Counted from the stretch's first letter, positions 30,462 through 39,183 are shown. The stretch: DNA of 64,000 nt from Planctomycetota bacterium (GCA_038060895.1 JBBTCT010000034.1:32001-96000), one strand, 5' to 3'. Numbers and translations are program-made. The notes: generated by a model not told the origin, from the letters alone.

Positions 30462-31112
30462 ATGCCTAAACTCGTGGTCCGCAGTTTCGCCATCTCCCTG
30501 GACGGCTTCAGCGCCGCTCCCGGGCAGAGCCAGAAGGAGCCCTTCGGGAAGAACGGCCTGAGGCTCATGGGGTGGGCCTTCGCCACCAAACACATGACCA
30601 CCCTGTTCGGCGGCACGGGCGGCGCCGAGGGCATGGACAACGACTTCCTGGCCCGATCGGACGAGAACATCGGCGCCAGCATCATGGGCCGCCACATGTT
30701 CGGCCCGCCCCCCGACGCCAAGGACAAGGAGTCCTGGAAGGGCTGGTGGGGCGAAAACCCTCCCTACCACCACCCCGTCTTCGTGCTGACCCACGAAAAG
30801 AAAGCCCCCCTCCCGATGGAAGGCGGCACTCGCTTCACCTTCGTGAACGACGGCATCGAATCCGCCCTGAAACAGGCCCTCGCCGCCGCCCAAGGCAAAG
30901 ACGTCCGCCTGGCCGGCGGCGCGGCCACCGTCCGCCAATACCTGAAAGCCGGCCTCATCGACGAGCTCCACCTGGTGCAGGTGCCCCTCCTGTTCGGCCA
31001 GGGGGAACGCATCTTTGAAGACCTGGGGGGCGTGGAGAGCCTGTACGAGTGCGTGGAGTTCACGCCTTCCAGGGCGGTGTCGCACTTGCGGATCGTCAGG
31101 AAGGCCAGGTAG
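30462..31112 (+). CDS. Dihydrofolate reductase/RibD C-terminal family protein
   Basis: ISLDGF, GASIMGRHMF, WGENPPYHHPVFVLTH, GGAATVRQYLKAGLIDELHL. Confidence 0.9.
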   Translation: MPKLVVRSFAISLDGFSAAPGQSQKEPFGKNGLRLMGWAFATKHMTTLFGGTGGAEGMDNDFLARSDENIGASIMGRHMFGPPPDAKDKESWKGWWGENPPYHHPVFVLTHEKKAPLPMEGGTRFTFVNDGIESALKQALAAAQGKDVRLAGGAATVRQYLKAGLIDELHLVQVPLLFGQGERIFEDLGGVESLYECVEFTPSRAVSHLRIVRKAR

Positions 31113-31199
31113 GGAATCACCGCCGACATGGATTACGAGGGAAGATCGCTCACGGCCCGGATGCGAAACGCCAACCGCGTGAAGGCGCCGTGGGTCGTG
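31113..31199 (+). repeat. Degenerate hisS 3' fragment, copy 2
   Basis: Aligns ungapped to hisS 10849-10935; starts immediately after the upstream stop codon. Confidence 0.95.
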
Positions 31200-31231
31200 G
31201 AGCCGCGCCGGCGCGGGACATCACGGGCCGC

Positions 31232-31260
31232 TTGACTTCACAAAGCCACACAACTATGAT
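31232..31260 (+). promoter_or_regulatory. sigma70 promoter of the TA operon
   Basis: TTGACT-17 nt-TATGAT; GGAGG RBS follows. Confidence 0.75.
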
Positions 31261-31285
31261 ATTTGCACTACTTGGAGGACTTCCC

Positions 31286-31558
31286 ATGATCCAGCATGTC
31301 TCCCCGCTGCACCTCCGCCAGAAGCTCGGCGACGTCCTGAACCGCGTCGCGCTTCGGCAGGACGAGTACGTCATCGAGCGCAAGGGGCATCCGCTCGCAG
31401 CGCTGGTGTCAGTCGAGAAGATGCGATCCCTCGTGGAGGCGGCGCGGCTGCACCTGCTGGCGGCGCTTCCGGCGCGCCGCACGAAACTCCCGCAGGCCGC
31501 GGCGGACGCGCTTGCGGACGAGGCCAAGCACCGGTCGCGTCCGAGGCGGAGGAAGTAG
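31286..31558 (+). CDS. Phd/YefM family antitoxin
   Basis: LRQKLGDVLNRV...YVIERKGHPLAALVS. Confidence 0.85.
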   Translation: MIQHVSPLHLRQKLGDVLNRVALRQDEYVIERKGHPLAALVSVEKMRSLVEAARLHLLAALPARRTKLPQAAADALADEAKHRSRPRRRK

Positions 31559-31561
31559 CCC

Positions 31562-31999
31562 GTGATTCGGGCCGTGCTGGACGCCAACGTCCTGGCGAGC
31601 GCGTTCATCCGCCCTCAAGGACATTCCGGGCAGATCCTGCGCCGGTTTCTCGAGCGGGGTGAATTCGACCTCGTGCTCTCGCGGCCGATCCTGGATGAGC
31701 TGGAACGGGTGCTCTTCTACCCGCGCCTTCGCAAGGAGTTGGCCGTGACGGACGACGAAATCCGGGCGCGCGTCGCCCACCTCGGGGTGCTGGCCGTGCT
31801 CGCGGAAGGCGAGGCGGGCGAGAGGATCGTCGAGGCGGATCCCGACGACGACAAGTACGTCGCGGCTGCGCTTCATGGGCAGGCGTCCTTCCTCGTCAGC
31901 GGCGACCGCCACCTGCTGGACCTCAAGGATTCCCGCGGGGTGCGGATCGTCAAGCCGAGGGAGTTTCTGGACGTCCTCTCTTCGACGCGCCCGGCCTGA
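31562..31999 (+). CDS. PIN domain toxin (COG1569-like)
   Basis: AVLDANVLASA, ILDELERVL, DPDDDKYV, LVSGDRHLL. Confidence 0.9.
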   Translation: MIRAVLDANVLASAFIRPQGHSGQILRRFLERGEFDLVLSRPILDELERVLFYPRLRKELAVTDDEIRARVAHLGVLAVLAEGEAGERIVEADPDDDKYVAAALHGQASFLVSGDRHLLDLKDSRGVRIVKPREFLDVLSSTRPA

Positions 32000-32161
32000 T
32001 TCGCAGGCCCCCGCCACATGCGGAGTTTTGAAACCGCCCGCGCCGCGCGACGGTAGAAACCGGCACGCCCGACACGGGGGCCCCATGAAACTCATCGCCG
32101 CTCGAACGCGGGCACCGACGTCACGTCGCCCCTCTTCAGGAAGGAGTCCAGGTCGGCGACG

Positions 32162-33697
32162 CTACTCCAACGGCGGTACGCCCGCCCTGGCGCAAGCCTC
32201 GCGCATGGCCTGCAGGTCGCTTCCGAGTTCGGCCGTGTCCTGAAGCTGTTTCAGCAGTGCCGCTCCCGCGCTCCAGTCGGCGCGAGCCTGTTCCATGAGT
32301 CCTTGCCTCAAGCGCAAGAGGGCGCGGCGGCAGAGCGCGAAGCCCTCGGCGCGCCGATCGGGGACTTCGCGGAGGATGGCGAACGCATGCTCGAAAGCGC
32401 GCTCGGCCAGCCCGATCCGCACGGTGTCTGTGTAGATCTTCGCGAGATCTGTCAGGACGACGCTCTCGGAGCGCCGGTTGCCGACTTCACGATGGATGAC
32501 CAGCGCCTGCTCAAAGGTGCGTTCGGCCTGCTCGATTCGCCCCGCATCCATGTACAGGTTCGCGAGATTGGTCAGCCCGTTTCCCTCATCCCGCCGGTTG
32601 CCGACTTCGCGGTCGATGGCCAGCGCCTGCTCGTTGCTGCGCCCGGCCTGCTCGATCCGCCCGGTCCGCATGTACAGAACCGCAAGATTGCCCAGCGCGA
32701 TGCCCTGGCCCCGTCTTTCGCCGACGTCGCGGTGGATGGCCAGCGCCTGCTCGAAGCTGTGCTCGGCCTGCTCGATCCGCCCGGATTCCATGTACAGGAG
32801 CGCGAGATTGCCCAGGAGGATGCCCTCGGAGCGCCGGTTGCCGGCTTCGCGCTGGATGGCAAGCGCCTGCCCGAAGGCGCGTTCGGCCTGTTCCATCCGC
32901 CCCGTTTCCATGTAGAGGATCGCCAGATTGCCCAGCACGACGCCGTCGGGCCGCCGGTCGCCGACTTCGCGGTCGATGGAGAGCGCCTGGTCGTAGCTCC
33001 GTTCAGCCTGCTCCATCCGCCCGGTGTCCGCGTACACGCTCGCGAGACTTCCCAGTGTATGGACCTCTTCCCGCCGGTTGCCGACTTCACGGTGAATGGC
33101 AAGGGCCCGGTCAACTTCGCTCTCGGCCTGCTGGAGCCGCCCGGTATGCATGTACAGGCTGGCGAGATTGCCAAGGATGGTGCCTTCGAAGCGCCGGTTA
33201 CCGACCTTGCGCTGGATGGCCAGCGCCTGTTCGTAGATGCGCTCGGCGTGGGAACTCCTGCCAGAATTGTGCATCACCACACCTGCCCTCCGCATCGCTT
33301 CACCACGCGCAGAGCCCTCCAGCAGCGGCGTCAGCGACTCCCAGGCGTCAATCGCGGTCTCATTCTGGAAGTGCTTCTCCGCGTGTTCGGCTGCGCGGCG
33401 CAGATAGAGCTTTTGCAGTCCACCGCTTTCGGCGGCTTGAGGGCCGCTGACGGCCTCGAGCACCTGCCGCGCGTGCGCGGCCAGTTCGTGTGCGATGGCA
33501 TCCGTGGCATGCGGCTTCATTTTCGGGGGGTCCATGGCGTCCAGCGGCGGCTGTTCGGATGCCCGGCCGCCGTGAAGCTGCTCGATGATTTCGAACGCCA
33601 GCGAATGCAGCCTGGCGCGGTCGCCGGGAAGCTGAAGCTGATACGCGGCATCCCTGAGCAACGCATGTCGGAAAAGGTAGGCGGTCTCGGCGTGCAT
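32162..33697 (-). CDS. TPR-repeat protein with FRHALLRDAAY module (paralog 2 of 3)
   Basis: MHAETAYLFRHALLRDAAYQLQLPGDRARLH; regular 40-aa repeats. Confidence 0.85.
   Translation of the reverse strand: MHAETAYLFRHALLRDAAYQLQLPGDRARLHSLAFEIIEQLHGGRASEQPPLDAMDPPKMKPHATDAIAHELAAHARQVLEAVSGPQAAESGGLQKLYLRRAAEHAEKHFQNETAIDAWESLTPLLEGSARGEAMRRAGVVMHNSGRSSHAERIYEQALAIQRKVGNRRFEGTILGNLASLYMHTGRLQQAESEVDRALAIHREVGNRREEVHTLGSLASVYADTGRMEQAERSYDQALSIDREVGDRRPDGVVLGNLAILYMETGRMEQAERAFGQALAIQREAGNRRSEGILLGNLALLYMESGRIEQAEHSFEQALAIHRDVGERRGQGIALGNLAVLYMRTGRIEQAGRSNEQALAIDREVGNRRDEGNGLTNLANLYMDAGRIEQAERTFEQALVIHREVGNRRSESVVLTDLAKIYTDTVRIGLAERAFEHAFAILREVPDRRAEGFALCRRALLRLRQGLMEQARADWSAGAALLKQLQDTAELGSDLQAMREACARAGVPPLE
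32400..33250. repeat. Intragenic 120-bp tandem repeats (TPR units similar at DNA level)
   Basis: gccggttgccgacttc...gatggccagcgcctgctcg recurs every two 60-nt lines. Confidence 0.8.
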
Positions 33698-33893
33698 GGA
33701 CTTCCGATTGTCGAGTGACAGATTCCCCTTGTCGATTGCTTCTCCCGGTTTGCGGTTCGCTGCTGTCCCTGGGTCGCAGCAGCAGGGCGGCTCCTTCACG
33801 CCGGCGGTCCCGCGCCTGCGCCGGCGTTTTCGTGCGGAAGAGGATGATCGCCATCGCGGTCTCGCTCTCGTCCGTCTCATGTCGATTTCGCCT

Positions 33894-34061
33894 CCGCGTG
33901 AAGGCGCCGTGGGTCGTGATCACCGGCGGGGATGAGCCGTTCGACTCGCTACGCTCGCTCACGGTGGACTGGCGGAGGGGGTGGTGCAGCTGAGGGATAT
34001 GGGGAAGAGTGAAGAGGTGGAGGTGAAGCCGGGGGAGTTGGCGGTGAGGGTAAGGTGCTGA
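33894..34061 (+). repeat. Degenerate hisS 3' fragment, copy 3, running to the stop codon, with the same 32-bp insert
   Basis: Aligns to hisS 10911-11046 plus insert 33937-33968. Confidence 0.95.
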
Positions 34062-34323
34062 TTCCTCGATCGAGAAGTCATCCAGCACGCCAGGCGCCGT
34101 CCCGCGCTCCGTCTCAGGCGCTCGATCGGGCTTGTTTCGAGCCCGTCCGGGGTCTAGATTGGCCGTTCCGTATGCGCCCCCTACCGGCGAGCCTTGTCAT
34201 CCTCCCCGGATTGCCCTCTCGAAGGGTGACCCACGGCGGTCCAACGCGAACACCGCGTGGTAGAGGGCCCGGCAAGCGGACTCAAAGTTCACACGCGCTA
34301 TTCTCAACCGAGCGATAAGCCCT

Positions 34324-35088
34324 GTGAGCGCCTTGATCATCCCTTGCTTCATCCGGACCCAATGGGATCTCGATTGCCTTAACCGCTTGCTCGACAGCGT
34401 CCAGGCGCAGTCCAAGCCGTTCGACAAGGTCTATCTGGTCGACGATGCCAGTCCGCTGAAGTACGAGCTCGGGCACGGCTTCGCGGAACTTGTCATCCTC
34501 GATAAGAACGGCGGTCCGGCCCGCGCTCGCAACATAGCCATAAACAAGGCCTTGCAGGTCGGCATCGAAGACCTCTTGTTTGCAGATCATGACTGCATCC
34601 TCGACAACGACTGGAATCAGGAAATGACCGCGTTCCTCTCTGGAACCGAGTTCGCTGCCGTAGGTGGAATGACCTACTCGTGGGGCAAGACCTTGCTGGA
34701 TTACTACCACGACATCAATGGCACACTGGCGGGCAAGTGGCTCCTGCCCGACCGGAAGGAACTCTGGTACATGCCGTCTTTGAACTTCGGGATGAAGGCC
34801 TTCGCGGCAGAGCAATTTCCATTCGACGAAAGGTTCCCTAACGCCGCCGGCGAAGACGTCGACCTATGCCTGCGATTGCGGAGTAAATACCGCATAGGCT
34901 TCTGTCCGGCAGCGAAACTCTGGCACGACTATGGGTACAAGAGCTCAATTACCGGTTTCATTCGCTTCTTGAAGCTGTTCAAGAAGTACAAAAGCTCCAG
35001 TGCCACGCTCTACGAAGGTCACACCGTGTTGATGTGGGATTCCTCCGAGTCGATCTACCAAGGGAACATGCATGAGCCTCATCTATAG
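34324..35088 (+). CDS. Glycosyltransferase family 2
   Basis: ALIIPCF, LVDDAS, NGGPARARN, FADHDC, FDERF...GEDVDLCLR. Confidence 0.9.
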   Translation: MSALIIPCFIRTQWDLDCLNRLLDSVQAQSKPFDKVYLVDDASPLKYELGHGFAELVILDKNGGPARARNIAINKALQVGIEDLLFADHDCILDNDWNQEMTAFLSGTEFAAVGGMTYSWGKTLLDYYHDINGTLAGKWLLPDRKELWYMPSLNFGMKAFAAEQFPFDERFPNAAGEDVDLCLRLRSKYRIGFCPAAKLWHDYGYKSSITGFIRFLKLFKKYKSSSATLYEGHTVLMWDSSESIYQGNMHEPHL

Positions 35089-36094
35089 ACTAAGGCCGAC
35101 CCAATCTAACTTCACCCACGGCATCCAGGACTACCTGGGGGAGATAGTGCCATTCGCCCGTCGCGTGAAGAACCCCTTCTTGAAAATCCCCCTGGTCGCG
35201 CTCAAGTCTATCGAGTGGGGCATCTATCGCTGGCACAAGACGTCGATCCGCCGGTTTTATGGGATCAAAAGCAACGAGTTGATCTACATGATCACCAACG
35301 CCTGCAACGATCGTTGTCCAAAGTGCGGAATCTGGGAAAGGCCTGAGCCGAAACGCCAGCATCTGATGATTCAGCACTTCATCACTTGCCTCAAACGACT
35401 CCACCAGAATCTGTTCCAGGTCACCTTGACCGGCGGAGAACCGCTCCTGTTCAAGCGGGACGTCATGCTGATCGCCGAGGAGGCCAGGAAGCTGGGGGTG
35501 CCGATGGTTATCGTGACCAACGCGCGGCTCGTCGACGAGGCATTCCTCACGAGGTATAAGGAATTGGGCCACGTCTTGGTGATCTCTATCGACTCGGTGC
35601 AGCGTGAAAAGTGGAACGAGTTCCGAGGTACCAAGAGCTTCGATATCGTTATGCCCAGAATCCTGCTCGCAAAGCAGATTCTGGGAGACCAATTGCGCGT
35701 CCAGTCCGTGCTTTCCAGGGAGTCGGCCGAAGAAATCCCCAAGGTCATCGCGTGGTGCAAGCAGCTCGGCATCCAGCACAGCGTTCAACTCTACCAGGAT
35801 TTCGGGGCGTACAACTGGACCGCCGCCGCCTCTTCTCAGGCGATGATCGATGACGGCACCCCTTGCGCTGCCCGAAAGAACATCTGCATTTATCCCAATG
35901 GCGACGTGGTGAAGTGTTTCGACCATCGCCGGATTCCTCTGGCAAAGGAACCGCTAGGTAACATCGCCCGTCAGGACATCATCGAGATTCTTTGCACCAA
36001 ACGGTCAACGGAAGTATCCAAGATCATGAAGACGTGCAATTTCCCGTGCAAGAACATGTCCTGCAACAAGCCGCGGGAACTCTTGTTCAAATGA
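35072..36094 (+). CDS. Radical SAM protein with SPASM/twitch domain
   Basis: CNDRCPKC, LTGGEPLL, IVTNA, ISIDS; CAARKNICIYPNGDVVKC and C-terminal Cys cluster. Confidence 0.9.
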   Translation: MSLIYRLRPTQSNFTHGIQDYLGEIVPFARRVKNPFLKIPLVALKSIEWGIYRWHKTSIRRFYGIKSNELIYMITNACNDRCPKCGIWERPEPKRQHLMIQHFITCLKRLHQNLFQVTLTGGEPLLFKRDVMLIAEEARKLGVPMVIVTNARLVDEAFLTRYKELGHVLVISIDSVQREKWNEFRGTKSFDIVMPRILLAKQILGDQLRVQSVLSRESAEEIPKVIAWCKQLGIQHSVQLYQDFGAYNWTAAASSQAMIDDGTPCAARKNICIYPNGDVVKCFDHRRIPLAKEPLGNIARQDIIEILCTKRSTEVSKIMKTCNFPCKNMSCNKPRELLFK

Positions 36095-36693
36095 AATCGA
36101 ACCCGTTAGACGTGATTATCATCGCGGGGGCACCCGGGACGGGCAAGTCCCAGGCGGCCAGGTGCCTAACTTCCTATTTTCGCGACGGAGTAAAGGTCGA
36201 GGTGGACGTCCTGCGCAGCATGGTGATTTCCGTCGACTGGAAAAACCAGCGGGAACATGTAGACCTCTTGCAAGTGGCGGCACGATTGACGCATGAATTC
36301 CATGTCTTCGGATTCAGGCCTGTGATCGTCGTCGATACTTTCAGCGGGGACAAGATACATGGATTCCTGGAAACCCTTCGACGGCTGAACGAAGCGCTCA
36401 TCATCAGAATCTTCGGACTCCATGTTTCAGACGAGGCCTTGCTGAAGCGCTTGAAGGAACGGCCAGCTGACGAATTCAAGGACTTCGGCATCAGCAAGAA
36501 GCTGAATGCCGACGTCTTGAGGCATGGCCATCGGGGCGGGCAATTGGTCGACACCTCCGAACTCACTCCGGAGGAGACGGCCGGCGAGATCTACAAAAGG
36601 CTCATTCTGACAGGTTCCGCGTGGCCCCCTACGGGTCCGGGTAGCATGATTGACACGGCACTACGATGCCGTATGCACAAGAGCCCCCGATGA
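36091..36693 (+). CDS. P-loop nucleotide-kinase-like protein (AAA_33-like)
   Basis: IIIAGAPGTGKS, IVVDT, LLKRLKER lid, VDTSELTPEE; ATGA-coupled to the radical SAM gene. Confidence 0.8.
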   Translation: MKSNPLDVIIIAGAPGTGKSQAARCLTSYFRDGVKVEVDVLRSMVISVDWKNQREHVDLLQVAARLTHEFHVFGFRPVIVVDTFSGDKIHGFLETLRRLNEALIIRIFGLHVSDEALLKRLKERPADEFKDFGISKKLNADVLRHGHRGGQLVDTSELTPEETAGEIYKRLILTGSAWPPTGPGSMIDTALRCRMHKSPR

Positions 36694-37355
36694 AACGACT
36701 CGCCCTGCTCGTCCTGCTGTTCCCGCTGGGCTGCGGCCCTTCCGCCCCTCCGCCGCCGTACGTCCGCCCGAGCGACCGCCCGCTGGTGCGCCCGGATGCT
36801 CCCGAGATGAAGACCCAGGCGCCCGAGCGCTTCAAGGCCCGCTTCACCACGTCCCAGGGCGACTTCACGATCACGGTGGTGCGCGCCTGGGCTCCGCTGG
36901 GCGCGGACCGCTTCTACAACCTGGTCCGCGGCCGCTTTTTCGAAGAGGCGCGCTTCTTCCGGGTCATGAAGGGCTTCATGTGCCAGTTCGGAATCGCCGC
37001 CGACCCCGCCGAGTCGGCTCTGTGGAAGGACGCGACGATCGCGGACGATCCGGTCAGGGAGAGAAACACGCGCGGAAGGGTCACGTACGCAACGTCCGGC
37101 AAGGGAACCCGGACGACCCAGATGTTTATCAATTACAGCAACGGCAACAAGCGCCTGGACAATAAGGGATTCGCTCCGTTCGGCGAGGTCACCGAGGGGA
37201 TGGACGTCGTGGACAAGCTCTACTCGGGATACGGCGAGGGCGCCCCGAGCGGCAGCGGTCCCAACCAGGAGCGGTTGGAGGCCCAGGGAAATCCCTACCT
37301 GGAGGCCGACTTCCCGAAGCTCGACTACATCAAGAAGGCCGAGATCGTGGAGTGA
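36690..37355 (+). CDS. Cyclophilin-type peptidyl-prolyl isomerase, lipoprotein
   Basis: LGC lipobox; WAPLGADRFYNLV, FFRVMKGFMCQFG, RTTQMFIN, FAPFGEVTEGMDVVD. Confidence 0.92.
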   Translation: MKRLALLVLLFPLGCGPSAPPPPYVRPSDRPLVRPDAPEMKTQAPERFKARFTTSQGDFTITVVRAWAPLGADRFYNLVRGRFFEEARFFRVMKGFMCQFGIAADPAESALWKDATIADDPVRERNTRGRVTYATSGKGTRTTQMFINYSNGNKRLDNKGFAPFGEVTEGMDVVDKLYSGYGEGAPSGSGPNQERLEAQGNPYLEADFPKLDYIKKAEIVE

Positions 37356-37436
37356 CCGTTCCCGCCGCCGCACGGTCCCCAGACTCGATCCGGCCCGAAG
37401 TTCACTCTACGTCTTCCCGTCCTTCGCCACATTCTC

Positions 37437-37477
37437 CTCCATCGGCTGTCCCAACTGCCGCCCGAAATACCGCGACG
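37437..37477 (+). repeat. Internal hisS fragment
   Basis: 39/41 identical to hisS 10281-10321 ([13 protein letters not shown]). Confidence 0.9.
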
Positions 37478-37536
37478 TGTCCTGGGCAAATCCGGAATTC
37501 CTTACTTGCGCCGCCGCCCTGCCGGATTCGTCCTGT

Positions 37537-38163
37537 GTGAACCGCAGACGCCACACGGCGATCCTTGTCCTCCTCCCGGTGCTGTTCTTCGCCTGCGGAT
37601 GTTCGACCTATCGGGGGGAGGCCAGGGACTTCGACCCGTCGGAGCTCCGCGAGCCCGGCTGGATCTCCGCCCACGGCGTCGAGCCCGTCCTCCAGGAGCG
37701 GCAGGACGATTGCGGAAGCGCCGCCCTCGCGATGATGCTCCGGTTCTGGGGGCAGCCCGCGTCGATCGAGGAGATCTCGAAGGCGTGCGCGCTCGACGAC
37801 GGGAAGGGCATCCGCGCGGGGGCGCTCCGCAATGAAGCCCGCTCCCGAGGCCTCAAGGCGTACGTCCTCACCGCCTCATTTCCCGACCTCGTCCGCGAGC
37901 TGGGCCTCGGCCGCCCGGTGCTCGTCGGGCTCGTGAAACCGTACGCCAGCGGCGGCTTCGCGCACTTCGAAGTCGTCGTCGCCCTCAACCCGGGCCTCGA
38001 GCGGATCGTGACGCTCGACCCGGGATCCGGCTGGCGCAGCTCGTCCTTCGAGGGCTTCGCCGCCGAATGGCGCCCCTCGGGCTGCCTCGCCCTCGTCATG
38101 TTCGCTTCCCCCCGCAACCTCGCCGGGCCTCCGCAGGCAACGGCATCAGGAGAAAGACGATGA
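37537..38163 (+). CDS. Peptidase C39-like lipoprotein
   Basis: QERQDDCGSAALAM, GRPVLV, HFEVVV, TLDPG (Q/C/H/D catalytic set). Confidence 0.85.
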   Translation: MNRRRHTAILVLLPVLFFACGCSTYRGEARDFDPSELREPGWISAHGVEPVLQERQDDCGSAALAMMLRFWGQPASIEEISKACALDDGKGIRAGALRNEARSRGLKAYVLTASFPDLVRELGLGRPVLVGLVKPYASGGFAHFEVVVALNPGLERIVTLDPGSGWRSSSFEGFAAEWRPSGCLALVMFASPRNLAGPPQATASGERR

Positions 38164-38627
38164 ATCGCGTCTGGCTCGTGATCGTGCTCTCGCTGACGAC
38201 CCTGTTCTATCCCGTGTCCTCCATCGCCCTGGCCGACGGCACCGCCGGGACCGCGGCGGAGGAGAAATCTTACGAGGAGCGTGAAGCGGCCTCCGGAGAC
38301 TCGCTGATGTCGTTCCAGGGAGGATTCGTCGAGGTCATCCTCATCGCCGCGGCGGTGTGCGCCATCGCGCTTCTGATCATCCTGCTCCTGCCCAGCGATG
38401 GAGGCGGCGGCGGGGGTGGCGGCGGAGGCGGCGGTGGGGGCAGCGATGGGGACTACAGCTCGCCGTCCACGGACTCTTCGCAGCCTTCCCACTCGCGGTG
38501 CGTCTTCTGCAGCGGACAGGGTCAGGTCAGGCACCAGGACTACCGGGGGACGAACCCGGACGGCAGTCTCAGGGACGAGTGGCACTGGGAACGCTGCTCG
38601 CACTGCGGCGGCACCGGCCAGGACTAG
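38160..38627 (+). CDS. Double-glycine precursor-like membrane protein with poly-Gly linker and zinc finger
   Basis: Signal peptide, YEEREAAS...LMSFQGG, hydrophobic helix, Gly run, CVFCSGQG...CSHCGGTG. Confidence 0.7.
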   Translation: MNRVWLVIVLSLTTLFYPVSSIALADGTAGTAAEEKSYEEREAASGDSLMSFQGGFVEVILIAAAVCAIALLIILLLPSDGGGGGGGGGGGGGGSDGDYSSPSTDSSQPSHSRCVFCSGQGQVRHQDYRGTNPDGSLRDEWHWERCSHCGGTGQD

Positions 38628-38694
38628 GCTCTCCCACCCCCTGGGGAATCCCCCAGGAAATTGAAAACCTCGTCCGGACAAGGAGGCAAGCACG

Positions 38695-39183
38695 ATGGAT
38701 TGCATGAGAACGGTTGGGGCGGTCGCCGCCGCGGCAGGGCGGACCAGGAACCGGGTGCCGTTCGCGCTGGTCCTGGTCGGGCTCGCTCTTCTCGGCTGCG
38801 GGGCCAGGCACAGGGGCGTGAACGGGACCACCGACTCGCAGGGCTGGGAGCTGGTGGGTGGGGGGTATCGCGATACGGTTCCGTACGGCAGGCAGATGAA
38901 CTTCAAATTCGAAGTGAAACGGTCGGCAACGTGCCGGGTGGAAGTCAGCGTGTCCGACGGGCAGGTGGTTGACGAATATCTCCTCACCGACGCCCAGATG
39001 CAGCGGGTGTTGACGGGCCGTCGGCCGGAAGGGCCGGGAGACATGATTCACCGGAACCAGAAGACGATCAAGTGCGAGTCCACGGAATCGCTCGATCCCG
39101 GCGTCTACTGGCTCATGGTCGACAACCAGTACGTGGACAGCCCGCGCCCTGTCGATATGAAGGTTTACCTGAAGGCCCGGTAA
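38695..39183 (+). CDS. Hypothetical lipoprotein (beta-sandwich-like)
   Basis: AAGGAGG RBS, LALLGC lipobox, LDPGVYWLMVDN. Confidence 0.65.
   Translation: MDCMRTVGAVAAAAGRTRNRVPFALVLVGLALLGCGARHRGVNGTTDSQGWELVGGGYRDTVPYGRQMNFKFEVKRSATCRVEVSVSDGQVVDEYLLTDAQMQRVLTGRRPEGPGDMIHRNQKTIKCESTESLDPGVYWLMVDNQYVDSPRPVDMKVYLKAR

Noticed and set aside
32400-33250. CRISPR array or DGR template/variable repeat
   Set aside because: The repeats are in-frame 120-bp TPR units without unique spacers; no cas or reverse transcriptase gene, and no adenine-specific variation noticed
35072-36094. Prokaryotic viperin call
   Set aside because: Lacks the viperin-like N-x-H-x4-CNxxCxFCF context and has a SPASM/twitch tail; kept as a generic radical SAM enzyme
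11047-37477. Prophage, ICE or classical integron
   Set aside because: No integrase, transposase, phage structural or conjugation gene recognised; the repeats are gene fragments, not attC-like sites
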